DNA of 64,000 bases, taken from NCBI GenBank assembly GCA_030390025.1, contig CM059433.1, positions 5,270,001 to 5,334,000 of the forward strand, read 5' to 3'. The stretch is from Squalus acanthias. Lineage: Eukaryota. Shown piece after piece: positions 61,748 through 64,000 of the stretch; within the stretch, counting starts at the first letter, position 1, and every line of letters starts with the position of its first letter. The position numbers and the translations under genes were made by a program. Under the pieces are notes generated by a model. That model was not told where the DNA came from, did no database searches, and saw only the letters and a program-made list of their open reading frames with translations.

Positions 61748-62405
61748 GTAGATAAGGTGGTTAAGAAGACATACGGGATACTTGCCTTTATTAGCTGAGG
61801 CATAGAATATAAGAGCAGGGAGGTTATGCTTGAACTGTATAAAACACTAGTTAGGCCGCAGCTAGAATACTGCGTGCAGTTCTGGTCACCACATTACAGG
61901 AAGGATGTGATTGCACTGGAGAGGGTGCAGAGGAGATTTACGAGGATGTTGCCTGGGCTGGGGAATTTTAGCTATGAGGAAAGATTGGATAGGCTGGAGT
62001 TGTTTTCTTTGGAACAGAGGAGGCTGAGGGGAGACTTAATTGAGGTGTATAAAATTATGAGGGGCCTAAATAGAGTGGATAGGAAGGACCTATTTCCCTT
62101 AGCAGAGAGGTCAATAACCAGGGGGCATAGATTTAAAGTAAATGGTAGGAGGTTTAGAGGGGATTTGAGGGGAAATATTTTCACCCAGAGGGTGGTGGGG
62201 GTCTGGAACTCACTGCCTGAAAGGGTGGTAGAGGCAGAGACCCTCATCACATTTAAGAAGTACTTGGATATGCACTTGAAGTGCTGTAACCTACAGGGCT
62301 ACGGACCAAGAGCTGGAAAGTGGGATTAGGCTGGATAGCTCTTTGTCGGCCGGCACGGACACGATGGGCCGAATGGCCTCCTTCTGTGCTATGATATGAT
62401 TCTAC
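61748..62405 (+). mobile_element. CR1 3' region
   Basis: LYKTLVRPQLEYCVQFWSPHYRKDVIALERVQRRFTR...GYGPRAGKWD. Confidence 0.92.
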
Positions 62406-62989
62406 ATGATTATTTACATGAATGCAAAGGAAATTCTTTCCCCCCTTATTTCCCACTGTGGCCCCGTAGTTTTCACTGAGCTTTTGTCGGGGTGGCACCA
62501 AAGTAAGGATATTTTTTCCAACTGCTGAATATTCAATGTTCCTTGCTGTCATAAGTGTCATGAGCTCGTGCTTTGTCCTCTAGGAGCCATCCATCCGGGC
62601 AGAGAGGATTGCCTGGGTTATTTAAAGGAGAAAGCAGATGGAGGGAAACATGACTGCTGTCTGGAAAGTGGTTGTTCAGCCGCATTATCCTGGATTGCTG
62701 GTTGCCCACCACCTGCTCATTGATGGAATGATGGAAGCCCCTGACGTTGGGTTAAAATTGACCCCTTTATCTTTAACTGCAAGTACATGTGGCAGATTCA
62801 GGAGCAACTTGGCAGAGACTGACTGAAGATCATAATTTGCCTGCCCCTTATTAGATTAATGACAAGTCATATCAATGAGCAATAATGTTATTGGTAAATT
62901 CTATCAGCCATCTTATCAACCACAACAAGCAAGTAAAGCAAAAAAAAATGTTGTTCCTGTACAATTGCTAAAGTGTGAAAAGATAAACA

Positions 62990-64000
62990 TGTAAGGGATT
63001 CTGACCCTGCGTGTCTCGTGGCCTGTGAGATTCACGCGGCTCTGTGCAGCCTGTATGTCAGTGCGGGTCTAGGCCTTGCTGCCTGTTCTGGTCTCCAGCC
63101 AGTCTGGGAACACTAGACACACCTGTGAGTGGTTCGAATCACTCTCCCTTACGGTTCTAGACACTGGACTTAGATGCGAGAGCAGTAATGGAGATAAAAC
63201 TCATGTAGACTTGGTTTGAATGGTACGAAATGGAAAATCTTTATTGCATGTTACTTAAGATTATGAAATACATGTCATAAGCACAGATTAATGACAGTAC
63301 AATCTTACAAACAGTTATATAGTCGATCTTAGGGAAACGAGGAACGAACGGCACAAAATAAATAGGGGCACACATTACAAATATCCTTAATCCTTAAACC
63401 CTCCCCTATCAATATCTATCCTAAACTAGATTCGTAGGATTTCGAGACTCATGCTCACCACTCGTGATAACTCGGAGAAATTCCGAATAGCTGATCGGAT
63501 GTTTTTCACCGCAGCACCCACGTGTCGGTCAGGAGATCTCCTGGTCCCACTTGTTTACTTGCTTCTGCTGCTCCGGCTAGCAGGCTGGACCGTCTGCTGT
63601 GATGAAGACCTGTGTTGGTTGGTTTAACAGGTACTCTTCGAGCACAGTTGTCAATATCGTCGATACGATATGTTTTCACGTTCCAGTTACTTTGGGCACA
63701 GTCCAGTTATCATCGATGCAATATGTTTCGTTATAAGTTCGAAGAAGTCTTCCTGGCGAGGAAAACTTGGCTAATCGACCTACAGGCGCGGTCGGGATTT
63801 ACTGACCGTGGCGATGGATATGGTCTTCCTCTCTTCTCATCTCATCTCATCTTATCTCATCTCGGGCCCTCGGTTCCGCTGCCAGTTACCAACATAGGTC
63901 TTCGTTACGCGACACGAGGTAGATCCGAACGGATCAGAAAGTTCAACAGTCTTCTCAGAAGAGGCAACAGGCAAGCAGGAGCGAGCCCAACTACGAGTAC
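62990..64000 (-). mobile_element. Probable long LTR (ERV- or Gypsy-type) running off the window end
   Basis: Abrupt switch to CpG-rich sequence at TGTAAGGG; minus-strand AATAAA at ~63240; short internal repeats. The other end is not visible. Confidence 0.4.

Noticed and set aside
63127..63145. tRNA-like T-loop GGTTCGAATC
   Set aside because: No cloverleaf or properly spaced A-box, and the stem geometry is non-canonical.

Overview
Repeat-dense eukaryotic DNA, most likely from a cartilaginous fish (shark). That assignment rests on my recognition of HE1-like V-SINEs, Deu-domain SINEs (SacSINE1-like), CR1 and L2 LINEs and vertebrate-type Harbinger elements. No host protein-coding gene, rRNA, true tRNA or CRISPR array could be supported. 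Most ORFs in the track are antisense or off-frame reads of transposon sequence. Main components: (1) a young CR1 LINE with an uninterrupted ORF2 (5414-8695) nested in a Harbinger element, whose AUG-less ORF2 overlaps ORF1 at a U_UUA_AAC slippery heptamer; (2) a two-LTR, internally deleted Gypsy element with CsRn1-clade hallmarks (CHCC gag motif, tRNA-Trp PBS, 4-bp TSD) at 19093-22305; (3) Penelope-like insertions forming inverted repeats that carry minimal hammerhead ribozyme motifs with covarying stems; (4) a second decayed two-gene Harbinger (about 54950-60361) holding a MITE and an LTR-in-LTR nest; (5) many MITEs, SINEs, LINE 3' fragments and minisatellites. Family names come from recalled motifs, not database searches, and boundaries of decayed elements are approximate.
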